Of a stretch of 64,000 bases of DNA, positions 62,481 to 64,000 are shown one piece after another. The notes beneath the pieces were generated by a model. That model searched no databases, had not been told where the DNA came from, and saw nothing but the letters and a program-made list of their open reading frames with translations. How positions within the stretch are numbered: position 1 is the first letter of the stretch; every line of letters begins with the position of its first letter. The translations under genes were made by a program, and so were the position numbers. This stretch comes from Balanoglossus misakiensis (lineage: Eukaryota; Animalia; Hemichordata), in assembly GCA_040954595.2 (NCBI GenBank), contig CM082578.2:1842831-1906830 (forward strand), in the 5' to 3' direction.

Positions 62481-63705
62481 AGGCCGAGTTACACGAGGCA
62501 ACTCGGCAGGCAACTCGGTGGGCAACTCGACGCGCAACGCCAGTCGCGTCGCTACTGCGAACGGTTACACTGGGCGACTCAACTGGCAACTCGCAGCGCG
62601 TGAACAGGACTGCGCATGTGCAGAAGCCCTATCATCGTATGTAAACAATAGGAAAGGTAAGTTTCGCCCTGTCGCTCAATATTTTTTTGATTCCTTCTTA
62701 TCTATTGTTGATTTTAGGATCTGTGTGCAGGGATTATTTGCAAAATACCGTTGCAAGCTCAATCATTGCTTTAATATGTACTTTGCAGTTCACGTACTGT
62801 CGAAATTCAACACTCTACAGTACGTACGCATGTGTATATGGCCGGCAATGCATACACTCTGTGCAATGTGCTTACACTTAGTTTTTTTATGCTACTTTAC
62901 GTGTGATTGTACCGTACCTACCGCTTGTAGCAATGACACCAGAGAACGCTCAAGCTGAGAAGGGATGACGCCACAATGTTTATAATGTTATCCGTATTTT
63001 TTGAGAATTAAATAATTATATAAAGCTTATGCACTACAATTGTTGTCAAAGCATTAAATGACCAAATGTTATAGATACAAGTACATGGTTGTTTTGTTTG
63101 TTTTTTAATTTTAAGATCATGTCATATAATAACGTTGTGTGTTTATTTTTACGACACTTCACGAAGATGAATGACATACAGGAAGATTTTCTGGTAATTC
63201 TGGCAACTGCAACTGCCTACTTATTCCAAGAGAGAAATAAGAAAAAGAAAAGGAAAAGGTGAATAATTTATAATTATGAGTAAAATGAATGTGATATTTT
63301 ACTTAATAGCTTTGTAAATCCAGTTTTTGTATGCATGTGTCTCAACATATAACTTCCTGAATTACCAAGATTTTTTAAATTTTATTTATGGAACTGTTGA
63401 CATGTACAATTCACATATTTACAGAAAACTTTGGTGTAGGCCTTGGCTGTTACGGAGACCACAACTGGGATGGTATCACACTCTCATTCAAGAGTTAAGA
63501 TTAGAGGACCCAAGATGCTACAAGAATTTTTTGAGGGTCAATTACACAGGGTTTTCAGATTTGCTAACCCTAATAGAAGACAGAATCCATGAGGTCATCA
63601 ATATCTCCAGGGGAACGGTTGGCTGTAACCCTCCGGTTTTTGGCAACAGGTATACAAATGTGCTACAGCTTTTATCATTACACATGTGAGTGTGTGTGTG
63701 TGAGC

Positions 63706-63743
<38 letters not shown>

Positions 63744-64000
63744 GTAATGAAAATGGAGAAAGTATCCTATATTTTCTGTAAAATAGACATTTACTATAAT
63801 TGGCATGCCATCCTGCATCAATTATAAGTCTGTATATGCACTGAAGCACTCACAGGGTGCATTGCATGGTGTTCAACCATGTTAAAAATCAGAGTACTTT
63901 CTTCAATTTTCAAGACAGATATATATATATATATATATATGATCTGTAGATGTTTGTATACAAATGCATTTAATTGTTTTGTATTGTTTCTCCATAGGAC
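62481..64000 (+). mobile_element. PIF/Harbinger transposon in a UBE2J1 intron, running past the window end
   Basis: TAA|AGGCCGAGTTACACG terminus, subterminal GGCAACTCG repeats and transposase exons downstream. Confidence 0.85.
63167..63649 (+). pseudogene. Harbinger (HARBI1/ALP1-like) transposase N-terminal exons (63167-63258, 63425-63649; next exon at 63998)
   Basis: RKLWCRPWLLRR...YHTLIQELRLEDP..YKNFLR...F..LL.LIE.RI, then a frameshift into MRSSISPGERLAVTLRFLATG|GT. Introns are GT-AG. Confidence 0.85.

Noticed and set aside
62113-62958. 281-aa plus-strand ORF
   Set aside because: It runs antisense across the UBE2J1 exon, the intron and the Harbinger terminus, so it is a chance chimera.

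Overview
This is repeat-dense eukaryotic DNA from an animal. Spliceosomal introns and the TE repertoire suggest a marine invertebrate. In order along the window: an intact Ty3/Gypsy (Mag-like) gag-pol ORF with a short 3' LTR; a ~6.5-kb duplication whose two copies carry different LINE and DNA-element insertions; a ~9.5-kb satellite of 82/86/89-bp monomers containing a 1715-bp higher-order repeat; a cluster of Helentron/HINE-like repeats; a second ~3.7-kb duplication; nested MITEs; a 5.7-kb Pangu-like (PHIS) transposon with a decayed DDE transposase and a divergent spliced accessory gene; the last coding exon of UBE2J1 on the minus strand; and an intronic PIF/Harbinger element. The most unusual signal is a set of small minus-strand exon-like modules at 42.9-50.5 kb. 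They share homologous splice flanks, but their bodies are mutually complementary, and one stem is closed across the splice junction. This makes them a candidate splice-assembled hairpin or circular RNA gene. All calls were made by eye; no database searches or folding programs were run.
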